A DNA stretch of 63,650 nt, counting the filler, from Candidatus Woesearchaeota archaeon (lineage in GTDB: Archaea > Nanobdellota > Nanobdellia > Woesearchaeales > B72-G16): NCBI GenBank assembly GCA_003650545.1. It is 3 parts of 3 records of this genome, joined end to end, with 100 filler letters (N's around TTAATTAATTAA, not from the genome) between each part and the next. Parts side by side here need not be neighbours in the genome. Positions count along the whole stretch, not along the records: positions 1 to 25,033 come from QMQO01000019.1; 2 more parts are not named here. One strand, written 5' to 3'. Below are positions 1 to 9,739 of this stretch, piece by piece. Position numbers and translations under genes: made by a program. How positions within the stretch are numbered: position 1 is the first letter of the stretch; each line of letters opens with the position of its first letter. Under the pieces are notes generated by a model. That model had not been told where the DNA came from. It was given only the letters and a program-made list of their open reading frames with translations, and ran no database searches.

Positions 1-28
1 TGAGTGCGCCCATTCCGCTGCGCACTCA
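1..28. repeat. Perfect 9-bp inverted repeat (hairpin)
   Basis: TGAGTGCGC (1-9) / GCGCACTCA (20-28), 10-nt loop; GC-rich in AT-rich DNA; may extend beyond the window edge. Confidence 0.7.
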
Positions 29-65
29 TTCATCAACCAAAAATGCTAGAAAAAACTAACGGAGG

Positions 66-109
66 ACCTCAATTCCTCCCAAACGTAAACGTTTGGGTAT
101 CCTTGAGGT
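66..109. mobile_element. IS200/IS605-like subterminal hairpin (element end or remnant)
   Basis: ACCTCAA-TTCCT-CCCAAACG-TAAA-CGTTTGGG-TATCC-TTGAGGT: two stems with an internal loop; resembles the CAATTCCTCCC...GGGTxTCCTTG pattern I associate with IS200/IS605-type ends; no transposase in window. Confidence 0.45.
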
Positions 110-143
110 AGATGTAATGAAAAGAATATAGAATGAAAACAGA

Positions 144-1832
144 ATGAAAAGAATAATACCTGCTTCGATTTTTTGTGCATTTGTTTTGTTAATATTAGTA
201 CTGCTACTGTCTTTTGCAGCTGCATTTACTCAATCAAGTAGCAGCTATGACATTAGAGGAGCAATGCCTTATATTGCAAAAAATTCTAGTAGCTCTAGCT
301 TCAGAGCTGTGATAACGATTGATTCAACAGAAAGTGCTAAGCAAAGTAGCACTAACTATAGACTAATAACTGGAGCTATCGCAGGTACAACACCATTCTG
401 TGGTGATGGTCATAAAGATCCTGGAGAAGAGTGTGATGATGATGACTTTGGTGGACTGACATGCGTCAGCTTTGGTTATGATAGCGGATATCTCTCATGC
501 AGTGAAAGTTGTACAATCATAAAAACTGGGTGCAAATATACCCCTGCACCTAGTAGAAGGGGAGGGGGTGGCGGCTTTGGATACCTACCTACTAAAAAGG
601 ATAGTGTCATAAGATTGATTGGCGGTGTAGAAGGGGGTAGGGAGTATAACATAGACTTGGGAGATGCAACAATAGTGACTAGAATTTCGTTTGTCTCAGA
701 CTTTGATGTATATGGTGTAAGTGCTGCGGTTAATCAGTACAAGGGAGAGGAAATAGAAGGTTTTTCATTTGAGAGATTAGATCCTGAAAAATATTACGAA
801 TATATGTACCTCAAAATAAGTCTCGATAACCTGAAAGGAAAGGTTAGTAACTCGAAGATTATATTTAAAGTTCTAAGATCGTGGATTGAATCCAAAAAAG
901 CTACATACGATGATGTAGTCGTGCTTAAATGGAATGATAACGAATGGAACGAACTTCCAACATACTTTGTGAATGATGATAAAACTTATGCTTACTTTAT
1001 AGCCGAGACAGACAGCTTTAGCTATTTTTCTGTTGCTATCAAAAAAAAGATAATAAGTGTCAAAGAAGAGAAAAAGCCTATAGTTATACCTAAAAAAGAG
1101 ATCCCGACGCCTGCCAAGGTTATGCCTGTCGAAGAAAAACCCAGCTTATTGGAGTTAGTTAAAGATAATATTAAATTCTTCATATATGTTATAATTGGAT
1201 TTGTGATTTTTGTGTTGATACTCATCGGGACGGTTGCTATTAGGCACAGAGCTGAAATAAAGAAGATACCTGTAGCAGAGAGAGTGCCTCCAGCTAAACC
1301 ATCTTTGCCAGAAGTTGAAAGGGTTGAAAGGCCTATAGAGATAGTAAAAAGAAAAGCTAGAGAGAGAGAAATTGGGGCTAAGATGCTCAGAGATATCAAC
1401 AAAAGATTAAGATTGCTTGAAAAGAAACACAAGAAACTCGTGAATCTCGCTTCAGTGATATTGCTAAATAGAAAGATTAGAAAGGTTAGAAAGGTCAAAA
1501 CCAGATTTGCAATGAAAGAAAAAACAAAAATAAAAAAGAAATCTGACAACATCAGAACAAAAAAGGTCAGAAAAATCGGATCAGAAAAAGAAAAAAGCCA
1601 AGAAGAAAGAAGAAGCAAAAAAAAGAAGAAAAAGAAAAAAATCAGACCTAAGAAAAATAAAATCATAGAACAGAAAAAAAGAGAAGCAGGTTTAAAATTT
1701 GAAAGAAAAAACATAAAAAAGAAAATGTCCAATAAAACAAGCATAACAGGTTTAAAAAAAGTGGATTTAAATGAAGTGGACATGCTTATGAAAAATCTGG
1801 ATAATAGATTAAAGAGACTTAAGAGATATTAA
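144..1832 (+). CDS. Secreted, membrane-anchored PGF-pre-PGF domain protein with Cys-rich repeat and Lys-rich cytoplasmic tail
   Basis: N-terminal hydrophobic signal; CGDG..DPGEECD Cys-rich repeat; poly-Gly linker; W..LPT...Y..AETDSFSYFSV PGF-pre-PGF-like end; TM FFIYVIIGFVIFVLILIGTVAI; basic tail. Confidence 0.75.
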   Translation: MKRIIPASIFCAFVLLILVLLLSFAAAFTQSSSSYDIRGAMPYIAKNSSSSSFRAVITIDSTESAKQSSTNYRLITGAIAGTTPFCGDGHKDPGEECDDDDFGGLTCVSFGYDSGYLSCSESCTIIKTGCKYTPAPSRRGGGGGFGYLPTKKDSVIRLIGGVEGGREYNIDLGDATIVTRISFVSDFDVYGVSAAVNQYKGEEIEGFSFERLDPEKYYEYMYLKISLDNLKGKVSNSKIIFKVLRSWIESKKATYDDVVVLKWNDNEWNELPTYFVNDDKTYAYFIAETDSFSYFSVAIKKKIISVKEEKKPIVIPKKEIPTPAKVMPVEEKPSLLELVKDNIKFFIYVIIGFVIFVLILIGTVAIRHRAEIKKIPVAERVPPAKPSLPEVERVERPIEIVKRKAREREIGAKMLRDINKRLRLLEKKHKKLVNLASVILLNRKIRKVRKVKTRFAMKEKTKIKKKSDNIRTKKVRKIGSEKEKSQEERRSKKKKKKKKIRPKKNKIIEQKKREAGLKFERKNIKKKMSNKTSITGLKKVDLNEVDMLMKNLDNRLKRLKRY

Positions 1833-1833
1833 G

Positions 1834-3099
1834 ATGGAGATAAAGATTCTAGGAGCTGCAAGAGAAGTTGGTAGAAGCTGTATTGAGCTCTGCACAAAAG
1901 AGTTCAGAGCATTACTCGATGCAGGGATTAAACTCGAGATTGCAGGACCAGAATATCCTGTAGAAATAAGCAACATTGGATTGATAGATGCTGTTTTTTT
2001 GAGTCATGCGCATCTCGACCACTCGGGAGCATTGCCTTTGTTTTTCCATCGCGGGTTAAGTTGTGGTGTGTTGTGTACTGCAGAAACCGCATTGCTAACA
2101 AAACTATTGTTAAAAGATGCGCATAAGATTGAGGTTGCTGAGCACCATCACCCCGGCTATGGCAAGGAAGATATAAGGCGTGTTGTTAGTCATATTGAAA
2201 AGGTAAGGTACAATGAAAAGAAGAAACTGAAAACAGTTTCCTATGAATTTATAGACGCAGGTCACATTCCGGGCAGTAGCATGGTTATGCTTGAGGTAGA
2301 AGGAAAAAGGTTGCTTTATACTGGTGATTTTAACACAGTCGATACTAACTTAATCAATGGCTTTAAGGAAAGATTGGAAGCAGATGTCATGATCATAGAA
2401 TCAACCTATGGTGCTGAGAAACATCCTAACCGAGATAAAGAAGAAGAAGCTTTCCTGAATAAGATTGAAGAAGTGGTTAATGCTGGGGGCAGTGTGATAA
2501 TTGCTGCTTTCGCTATTGGAAGAGCACAAGAAGTGTTGCTGATGTTACAGAAGCGAAGGTTTAAAGTGCCAATATACATGGACGGGATGGCTGTCAAGGC
2601 TACTGACTTCATATTGGCTCACCCTGTTCTGCTTTCAAAACCAAAAGAATTAGAAAAAGCTTACAACAGAATCAATATTGTTAAAGGTAGCCGCGAGAGA
2701 AAGCAGGTATTGAACAAGCAGGCAATCGTGATCACAACCAGCGGGATGATAACTGGCGGCCCTGTAATAGAATATATGAAGCATATTGCATCGAGAAAAG
2801 ATTGTGCATTGATGATGACAGGATATCAAACAATAGGAAGTGGAGGTCTGCAAATATTGGAAACTGGTTTTATAGATCTAGATGGAGAACGCACCAAGGT
2901 TGAGTGCTTTTATAAGAAGTATGTATTCAGTGCACATGCCGGCCAGCAGGGGTTACAATGGATGATTAAAACTGTTAGACCTAAAATTTTGATAATTAAT
3001 CATGGTCAGGATTATCATTGTAGTGCTTTAGCTCAGTTTGCAAATCAATATTGTAAAAAGGTTTATGTTCCAAGATTGGGTGACGTTATTACTGTATAA
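1834..3099 (+). CDS. MBL-fold beta-CASP metallo-hydrolase/ribonuclease (aCPSF2-like)
   Basis: LGAAREVGRSC, SHAHLDHSG, AGHIPGS, YTGD, ESTYG, FSAHAG motifs; no KH domains. Confidence 0.9.
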   Translation: MEIKILGAAREVGRSCIELCTKEFRALLDAGIKLEIAGPEYPVEISNIGLIDAVFLSHAHLDHSGALPLFFHRGLSCGVLCTAETALLTKLLLKDAHKIEVAEHHHPGYGKEDIRRVVSHIEKVRYNEKKKLKTVSYEFIDAGHIPGSSMVMLEVEGKRLLYTGDFNTVDTNLINGFKERLEADVMIIESTYGAEKHPNRDKEEEAFLNKIEEVVNAGGSVIIAAFAIGRAQEVLLMLQKRRFKVPIYMDGMAVKATDFILAHPVLLSKPKELEKAYNRINIVKGSRERKQVLNKQAIVITTSGMITGGPVIEYMKHIASRKDCALMMTGYQTIGSGGLQILETGFIDLDGERTKVECFYKKYVFSAHAGQQGLQWMIKTVRPKILIINHGQDYHCSALAQFANQYCKKVYVPRLGDVITV

Positions 3100-3162
3100 G
3101 ATGGCTGTGATGAATACTTATAAGTGAAATACTGTATAAGTGGAACACTGTATAAGGTGAAC
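3091..3162. repeat. Degenerate ~16-bp tandem repeat (ACTGTATAAG core) starting across the stop codon at 3097-3099
   Basis: ACTGTATAAG at 3091, 3131, 3147; variant ACTTATAAG at 3116. Confidence 0.75.
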
Positions 3163-3166
3163 ATGT

Positions 3167-3454
3167 ATGAACGCAAGAGAGGTAATAAAAGCTTTGGACT
3201 CTTTTGATTATTACGAACTGAAAAAACTAGAAAAAGAACTTGATAATGGTAGTTTCAGGAGAAGGTTGGAGAAAAATATAAAAAAGTTTGAAGACGGGAA
3301 AAAGATTTGTGTTACTTGTGGCAGTTCTTTAAATGACAAGAAGTTTTCTTTGGTAATTGAATATCGCGGTATGAAAAAGACTGCCGAGTTCTGTGCAATT
3401 GATTGTCTTGAGTATTTCTTGGCTAAGATGAAAAAGGTTGTGAAGATTGACTAA
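3167..3454 (+). CDS. Small hypothetical protein with putative Zn-binding (TRASH-like) motif
   Basis: CVTCG...EFCAIDC; AAGGTGA SD-like motif upstream. Confidence 0.7.
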   Translation: MNAREVIKALDSFDYYELKKLEKELDNGSFRRRLEKNIKKFEDGKKICVTCGSSLNDKKFSLVIEYRGMKKTAEFCAIDCLEYFLAKMKKVVKID

Positions 3455-3648
3455 ATTCAATTTTTAATAGTTTAACCTGGCTAAAAGCTCAAACAGATTG
3501 TTCTTGGCATTGGTAAGAATAAAAAAACTAGTTTAGTCAGATAACTATAAGGGTGGATTCATAAAAAAATAAAGATTCAAAAATTATGTTACTAAATTTG
3601 ATTTACCTTAGAATTAAGAATTGATTTAGAACTAAGAGTCTAATCAAA

Positions 3649-3757
3649 TTTTTAATAAGAGTTTTTAATAAAAGTTTTTAATAAGAGCTTTTAATAAGAG
3701 TTTCAATAAGAGTTTTTAATAAAAGTTTCAATAAGAGTTTTTAATTTTTAATAAGGG
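3649..3757. repeat. 12-13-bp minisatellite (TTTTTAATAAGAG variants, about 8-9 units)
   Basis: Units at 3649, 3662, 3675, 3688, 3701, 3713, 3726 and partial units after; no spacers; between convergent genes. Confidence 0.9.
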
Positions 3758-3759
3758 CT

Positions 3760-4914
3760 CTAACCAACTATCTTTTTATTAACATAGTACAAAGCAACTA
3801 TCAGCATACTCTCTGCCCAGCTTAGTGGTACGTTTTCATTAAACTTAGGTGAATTAGAAAAATATAGCTCAGGTTCGCCTATCTCTGTTACTGTAGCAAG
3901 AGCCTTCTTTAGATACTTTTCTGCCTTTCCCTTTTTGCCAAGTTTTTGATAAATAATTGCTAACCATGACAAGCCAAAAGTCCACTCTGCTTCCTCTGAA
4001 TAACCATCTGGATTCTTATTATAATAGTGATCATTCTTATAGCGAATTACACCACGCTTCTTCAAAAGATGATATTCAATATTCGTCAAGATTTCGTCGC
4101 GTTCTTTCGGATTAACAACATTATATGGATAAATCAAAGACAAGAGTGCTAGATCGACAAACTTACTTCTACTTTCCCTTGGTAACATATCCCTCAAGAT
4201 GCGTTTGCCATTGCTAATAAGCCACTCCGGAACATCTATCTGTGGAATGTTATCTTTAACCATCTCCAAACCGGCAACACAAGCACCAACACTGCTTGCA
4301 TGTATCTCCTCGTCCTCTTCCCACATACCTGAGTCTGGATCGTGCCAATACTCCAGTGTTTTGAGATAGTCAACTAGTTTTTGTATTAGTTTATAATCTC
4401 GTTCGGTCTTTAAAATCCTGCGACCTAATTTGACAAGTTCACCAACCTTGAAAAGAATTGCGCCAATAGAATCATTTTGTTTATTGCCCCACTCTTCCCA
4501 GAATTCATCAAATGTTTCTGGATGGTAGCGAGGGTGAATATATTGAAAAGGATGTTCTGGTTTTTTCTGGATCGCATAGTCAATTTTATATTCATGTTTC
4601 TCAAATATTTTAAGTATTGCCTCGTATGTACTCTCTACAGTATCCCAGTCGCCTATGACTTCAAACGCTAAGCAGGTGTAGAAGTTATCTCTGAGCCATG
4701 CTTTGTCATATCCTGTTTCTACTTCTTTTCTAGATGCTGCAAACAATCCTGACTTGTATTGCAAGTTTTTGAGAATCTTCAGGTGGTGTTTTATTAGCTG
4801 TTGATAGTTGACAGGTTGCAGTTTGCTCTTTGACTTTTTCTTTTTTAGTTTGAGTTCTTTTCGCTTTACTTCTTTTTTCAGTTTTTTTACCTTTTGTTTT
4901 AGTTTGCTCGACAT
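3760..4914 (-). CDS. Glycoside hydrolase family 15-like protein (glucoamylase / phosphorylase-kinase-like)
   Basis: GYDKAWLRDN, DSGMWEE, PLSWAES motifs; start placed at ATG 4914, just after the upstream stop (track start 4932). Confidence 0.8.
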   Translation of the reverse strand: MSSKLKQKVKKLKKEVKRKELKLKKKKSKSKLQPVNYQQLIKHHLKILKNLQYKSGLFAASRKEVETGYDKAWLRDNFYTCLAFEVIGDWDTVESTYEAILKIFEKHEYKIDYAIQKKPEHPFQYIHPRYHPETFDEFWEEWGNKQNDSIGAILFKVGELVKLGRRILKTERDYKLIQKLVDYLKTLEYWHDPDSGMWEEDEEIHASSVGACVAGLEMVKDNIPQIDVPEWLISNGKRILRDMLPRESRSKFVDLALLSLIYPYNVVNPKERDEILTNIEYHLLKKRGVIRYKNDHYYNKNPDGYSEEAEWTFGLSWLAIIYQKLGKKGKAEKYLKKALATVTEIGEPELYFSNSPKFNENVPLSWAESMLIVALYYVNKKIVG

Positions 4915-4915
4915 T

Positions 4916-6685
4916 TTAACCATAGATTTCATCTATCAGCTCTATAAACATCGCATTGCTCCAAGCTTGACAATAGTTTGCCTGAGCATTCTGACTGACT
5001 GCATCGCTTAGCTCAGAAGCGTGACCAACATAACCCTGGTAAAGTATGTCTTTAACAGAAGCCCTGATAATTTTATTAATATAATCATGAAATGTTTTTT
5101 TGTCAATCCTATACATTACAAGGGCTGCAAGGCAATTAATCCAGTACCATGAATCGCCGCGATGATAGCTGCAGTTGTCTAAACCAGTGTAATTTTGCTT
5201 GAAGAATTCATGTTTTTTATCAATGCTTGCAAGACCACCCCATGGGAGCCATAATGCTTTTAAGGCTTTTTTAAAACAGCTTATCCATTCTTCCTTATAC
5301 AACAAAGAAGGATATACATAAGCTGCGATGAACACATTTGGTCTTATAGTAGAATCGTCAATGCCATCTTTGAGATAACCGTTTTTCCAGAAACGATTTC
5401 GGACATTCCTGCGCAGACTCTCCTCCAACTTCTTGTATGTTTCATCTTTTGTTAGAACATACATGAAATTGTACATGAACAAACGCAAAGCTTGAATTTC
5501 TATCCTGACCCCTTCTCTAGTATCTGTATGATTAATAGAAGTGTCCATCCATGTTTCAAGAGCATTGTTTACTGCAAAACCTTCGTAGCTGGTGTTTTTT
5601 TTTAAAAGAATTTCTATAGATTTTTTTAATAGGTTGATGATTTGCTTTTTTTTAATCGCTGATAAATCATAAATCTCCATGTAATCGCGAACTCGCAAAA
5701 AATACCATCCAAGTGCATCTGCACTTTTTATTCTGCTTTTTGGGTGGCTTTTAAATAAATGGTTGATGCCTGTTATGTATTTATCTATTATTGATGTTGC
5801 GAACCTTCTGTCACTCATCACTGCTTTTAACGATATTATCTCGTCGCGGGCCCAGAATTGGAAAAACCACGGCAGGCCTGCAAACATTCCCTTATCTACA
5901 ATTAAGCTACTAAGACTATTCAATGCGTTTACATAAGCAAGGTTTAGCTCTATATCCTTAAGATCTTTCATTATGAGCTTAAGCTGTTGTTTTTGGAACA
6001 AAACATATCTATGTAAGTTAGAGAAGATGTTCTTAGCTTCTTTTACTGCTTTAGTCATCACGTTTGAAACCGAAAAAACGAATTTATTAGAGCGAAGCTT
6101 TAGAGGAAAATAAACATATCGCTCTGATGTGTCACCACGAGCCTCGTCAAAGGCGTATCTTTTTAATAGCCATTCTTCAATCTTCTGGTATTCTAGATTT
6201 GCACCATATATTGCTAGGAACAATCTATATTCCAGCTTGTTATGAGAGTTGTCTTCGCGAGAGTCTGTTTTCTTTACAAATTTAATTACTATACAACCAT
6301 CCTTTTCCTTTATTTCATAGAAGCGACCCCATTGTCTATTATCATAAGACTCGCGTATATCAAGGTAAAGATCTAGCTCATTTACATCTTCAGACTGATA
6401 GACCAAAGAACTTTTGTTATACGGAAGAAAAAAACTCTCTGTATAGTGACCGCGTTTTCTTTCTATATTGTATATGTTGTTTGTAACTTCGCGCAAATAA
6501 CCAGGTGCTACCAGGTTGTCTATTATTTTAAACATTCTTCCATTAAGATAGTAAAAAAATCCAGAATATTTGCTATCGATGCCAAGAGTAAAGTAACTTC
6601 CTTTTTTGTTTGTTAATAAGAAAGCGATCTTCTTTGATGTTAGATGTGATGCAAAGTTGTTCTCATGAATATGGTTTATTTTCAT
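4916..6685 (-). CDS. Amylo-alpha-1,6-glucosidase (archaeal-type glycogen debranching enzyme)
   Basis: AGLPWFFQFWARDEIISL, ETWMDT, IRPNVF, SYHRGDSW, QAWS motifs. Confidence 0.85.
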   Translation of the reverse strand: MKINHIHENNFASHLTSKKIAFLLTNKKGSYFTLGIDSKYSGFFYYLNGRMFKIIDNLVAPGYLREVTNNIYNIERKRGHYTESFFLPYNKSSLVYQSEDVNELDLYLDIRESYDNRQWGRFYEIKEKDGCIVIKFVKKTDSREDNSHNKLEYRLFLAIYGANLEYQKIEEWLLKRYAFDEARGDTSERYVYFPLKLRSNKFVFSVSNVMTKAVKEAKNIFSNLHRYVLFQKQQLKLIMKDLKDIELNLAYVNALNSLSSLIVDKGMFAGLPWFFQFWARDEIISLKAVMSDRRFATSIIDKYITGINHLFKSHPKSRIKSADALGWYFLRVRDYMEIYDLSAIKKKQIINLLKKSIEILLKKNTSYEGFAVNNALETWMDTSINHTDTREGVRIEIQALRLFMYNFMYVLTKDETYKKLEESLRRNVRNRFWKNGYLKDGIDDSTIRPNVFIAAYVYPSLLYKEEWISCFKKALKALWLPWGGLASIDKKHEFFKQNYTGLDNCSYHRGDSWYWINCLAALVMYRIDKKTFHDYINKIIRASVKDILYQGYVGHASELSDAVSQNAQANYCQAWSNAMFIELIDEIYG

Positions 6686-7638
6686 TTTTCATCACGATAA
6701 AACTTGGCAGCATTTTCTGGTGGAAGTGAGTTGATGATGATCTCACTACAATACTCAAATCCAGCCCATACAGCAATTCTAGGACAGATCTCTATCTGAA
6801 AATGTAATTCCTGATTTTTAGGAGCGTAGTGTAGATAGTAATTAAAACTGACATTTAGCTCCTTCAGTTTTGTCAATATTTTTTTCATTATATCTGCTAA
6901 ATCTTCTAACTCGTTATCTCTTAACTCTGCAAGAGTTCTGGCGTGGCGTTTTGGTAAAACCCAAATCTCGAAATTAAATCTGGAAGCATAAGGCGTGAAT
7001 GCAACAAAGCTATTGTTCTCAAAACAACGTCTATCACTGTTTTTCTCGATGTTAAGGATCTGACAATATAAACATCTTCCTAGGTGTGTTCCCTTTTTAA
7101 CTTTCTCTTTGACAATTTCAGGAATCGTATTAGTTGCAATTATCTGTGAATGACTGTGCACAATAGAAGTTCCTGCTTTTTCACCATGATTTTTAAAGAC
7201 ATTGACGTAGCTGACGCCTGGTCTTTTTGATAAATCCTCTATTCTTTCATTATAAATCTTAAATAATTGTTTTATATCCTCTTTTCTTAGATCCCAAAGT
7301 TGGTTGTGAGTGTTGGTCTCTACAATAACTTCGTGATAACCAAAGCCTGATGAAAATGTGAAGAATGTATTATCTGTCTTTATATCATGTTGTCCTTCAG
7401 GTAATACAGCAGGAAATTTATTTGCAAACCAGCGCATTTTCCAACCTTTATCTTTAGGTTTGTCTGTTGGGATTCTCCCTATTTCAGGCGGGGTCTGGCT
7501 TTCATTGCCAGGACAAAAAAAACATTTCTCTTCTTTAACAATGGTTTTTTCTTCTTTAAATTGACGTGGGCGCATGCTGCGCACATCTGCGATTAATACC
7601 CAACGGTCCAAAACATAGTCCTTACGTAACTCTCTCAT
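6682..7638 (-). CDS. galT: Galactose-1-phosphate uridylyltransferase (GalT/HIT family)
   Basis: ELRKD..WV, CFFCPGNE, NKFPA, HEVIVE, FKNHG..AGTSIVHSHSQ. Confidence 0.9.
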   Translation of the reverse strand: MRELRKDYVLDRWVLIADVRSMRPRQFKEEKTIVKEEKCFFCPGNESQTPPEIGRIPTDKPKDKGWKMRWFANKFPAVLPEGQHDIKTDNTFFTFSSGFGYHEVIVETNTHNQLWDLRKEDIKQLFKIYNERIEDLSKRPGVSYVNVFKNHGEKAGTSIVHSHSQIIATNTIPEIVKEKVKKGTHLGRCLYCQILNIEKNSDRRCFENNSFVAFTPYASRFNFEIWVLPKRHARTLAELRDNELEDLADIMKKILTKLKELNVSFNYYLHYAPKNQELHFQIEICPRIAVWAGFEYCSEIIINSLPPENAAKFYRDEK

Positions 7639-7824
7639 TTTTAATCACTCTTTATCTTGACTCTTTTTAAGCTTCTTTTGATTCTTTTTAACTTTTTTTT
7701 GACTCTTTTTAAGTTCTTTTGGTTTTATTTATTCTTTTTTGATTTTGTTTGAATGTAAAACATTCTATTATTCTATTCATTATTCTATTTATTATTCCAT
7801 TTATTATTTATTTTATTTATTATT

Positions 7825-9621
7825 CTATTGAGACTTGTGTTTTTCCAACGCTAGGTTATGAGCTTTTGTGTAATTTTGTATTAATAAACGCCAATCTGCC
7901 AGGTTGGATGTGTTCTTTGCATTTATTTTTTCTCTAACACGATCTTCACGGTTAAGCTTACAAAAGTCATATAGAATCTTAGTGAAGTGGGTTATTATCT
8001 CTTCTTCGCTTGTTTTGAAACGTTTCAATACATATATGCCTTGTCCATCTCTTTTCTGATTAATCAGAAAGCGGCCAAAACCTCCTAGGTCGGTTGTTAA
8101 TGAAGGCACGCCAAGTGCAGCTGATTCTAGTGGAGTGTATCCCCAAGGTTCGTAGTAAGATGGAAATAGACCTAAATGGCAACCCACAATTGTATCATAA
8201 TAAGGAAGATCCAATAAACCATCTACGCCAGACAGATAAACTGGATAAAATATGACTTTAACCCTGTCATCTTCTTTGTTGTCTAATCCTGTATCCAAAA
8301 GATTTTTAACAATGATGTCATGCTCTTCTCCTGCCAAAAAGTGCGTTGTTATTGGTGGGTTGCCTTCCTTAACAAAATTTAGCTTTAGCCTTTTCGCTCC
8401 TTTTAAGAAATCTCTATCAAAGAGCTTGCCGGGCTTGCAGAATTTTTTTTCATTTGCAAAATTCTCAAGAGGGTCCATGAAAATTGTATCCAGAATCTTT
8501 AGTTGAAGTGTTGGAAGATAGCGCTCTACAAAATGTTTAACATTGTCATATGTATTTTTGTTCTGAGCAAGCTCTGTCCTTGTGCTTAGAACATCTCTTG
8601 GAATCCAAAAGAATGCAATTATGGTCTTTTTACTTTTTTCTTCTTTTAGCATGTTGTTTAAATTTGCTAAAGACTTTATGAAGATGTCAACACCCTTATT
8701 CTTGAATTCGTAGCGTCCAACGATGAAGAAAATCAGGGTTTCTTCTATATCGAAAAAATAATATGGAAAAAAATAATAAGAGACAAACTCTCGGATTATA
8801 GAACGACTCTCACGGTGTTTTATAGAAAGCTCTTCAAATGTTGGAAATTTATCTGTATCTAGGCCATTTAGAACCAATATATCTGGCTTTTTGCCAAGGA
8901 TTTTTTCTGCTTCTATGCTAGTTATTTCAGACACTGTTGTGAACACTGTTGCATTATGAGCACACGCCTTCTCAAGTTGGTGTTTTGCATTGATGCCAAG
9001 ACTGTATGCTTCTCTGTCAGCATCAAGAGTATCGAGTGTGTTATAAAGCTCTCTTCCAGCACTTGCCATGGTTCTGCCTAATGTGGTCGCGTGGGTTGTG
9101 AAAATCGTTGGTATCTTTCCTGTTAAATAGAGTAAACCTGCTCCTGCTAGCCATTCATGGAAATGAACAACAATCTTCTTTTTATTCAGATTAACGAATT
9201 TTTCAATTAGTTTAGCAGAAGCATAGCTCCACAATACAGGCTCTTCAAAATCCCAACCAGAATTGAGTGAGTCTATACGAAATCGATCCCAAAGTTCTTT
9301 TTTTATGTCATTTTTTCTATTGGCAAATCCAGAGAACTCTATTAGAATTGTTTTTGGCTCTCCCTTGATGTCCCATTTTCCATAATGACAGATTATTCCT
9401 TCTTGGCTTAATTCGTCAAAGATCTTTTGGAATTCAAGAGGAACTTCTTCTTTTGAAAAAACAATCCTTGCTTTTTTTTCAACATAAGGGCCTATTAGAT
9501 AATAAACCTTGTTGATCTCTTTCATCAATGCTGCTTTAGAGACTATGACTGTATGAATCCCTCCAACTTTGTTGCAAACTTCCCATGAAATTTCAAATAA
9601 AACATCTGCATCAGCTTCCAT
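7825..9621 (-). CDS. Glycogen synthase, GT3 family
   Basis: LFEISWEVCNKVGGIHTVI, HFHEWLAG, FTTHATTLGR, GRYEFKNKG, FPSYYEPWGYTPLE. Confidence 0.92.
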   Translation of the reverse strand: MEADADVLFEISWEVCNKVGGIHTVIVSKAALMKEINKVYYLIGPYVEKKARIVFSKEEVPLEFQKIFDELSQEGIICHYGKWDIKGEPKTILIEFSGFANRKNDIKKELWDRFRIDSLNSGWDFEEPVLWSYASAKLIEKFVNLNKKKIVVHFHEWLAGAGLLYLTGKIPTIFTTHATTLGRTMASAGRELYNTLDTLDADREAYSLGINAKHQLEKACAHNATVFTTVSEITSIEAEKILGKKPDILVLNGLDTDKFPTFEELSIKHRESRSIIREFVSYYFFPYYFFDIEETLIFFIVGRYEFKNKGVDIFIKSLANLNNMLKEEKSKKTIIAFFWIPRDVLSTRTELAQNKNTYDNVKHFVERYLPTLQLKILDTIFMDPLENFANEKKFCKPGKLFDRDFLKGAKRLKLNFVKEGNPPITTHFLAGEEHDIIVKNLLDTGLDNKEDDRVKVIFYPVYLSGVDGLLDLPYYDTIVGCHLGLFPSYYEPWGYTPLESAALGVPSLTTDLGGFGRFLINQKRDGQGIYVLKRFKTSEEEIITHFTKILYDFCKLNREDRVREKINAKNTSNLADWRLLIQNYTKAHNLALEKHKSQ

Positions 9622-9739
9622 AAGGAAACAATAATAATAAGATTTGTATATAAATGTTGTATACCACTAAAGAATACTCATTGATATTCATATTCATTGG
9701 TGCTTATTGTACTCATTGGTGCTCCTTGTTAAATCTTAC

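Noticed and set aside
1022..1783. 253-aa hydrophobic minus-strand ORF
   Set aside because: Antisense shadow of the Lys-rich tail; Phe/Leu richness comes from complementary A-runs. The same applies to 14281-14644, 23609-23998 and the other short overlapping track ORFs.
3649..3757. Repeat array as a possible CRISPR
   Set aside because: 12-13-bp units directly adjacent, no unique spacers, no cas genes.
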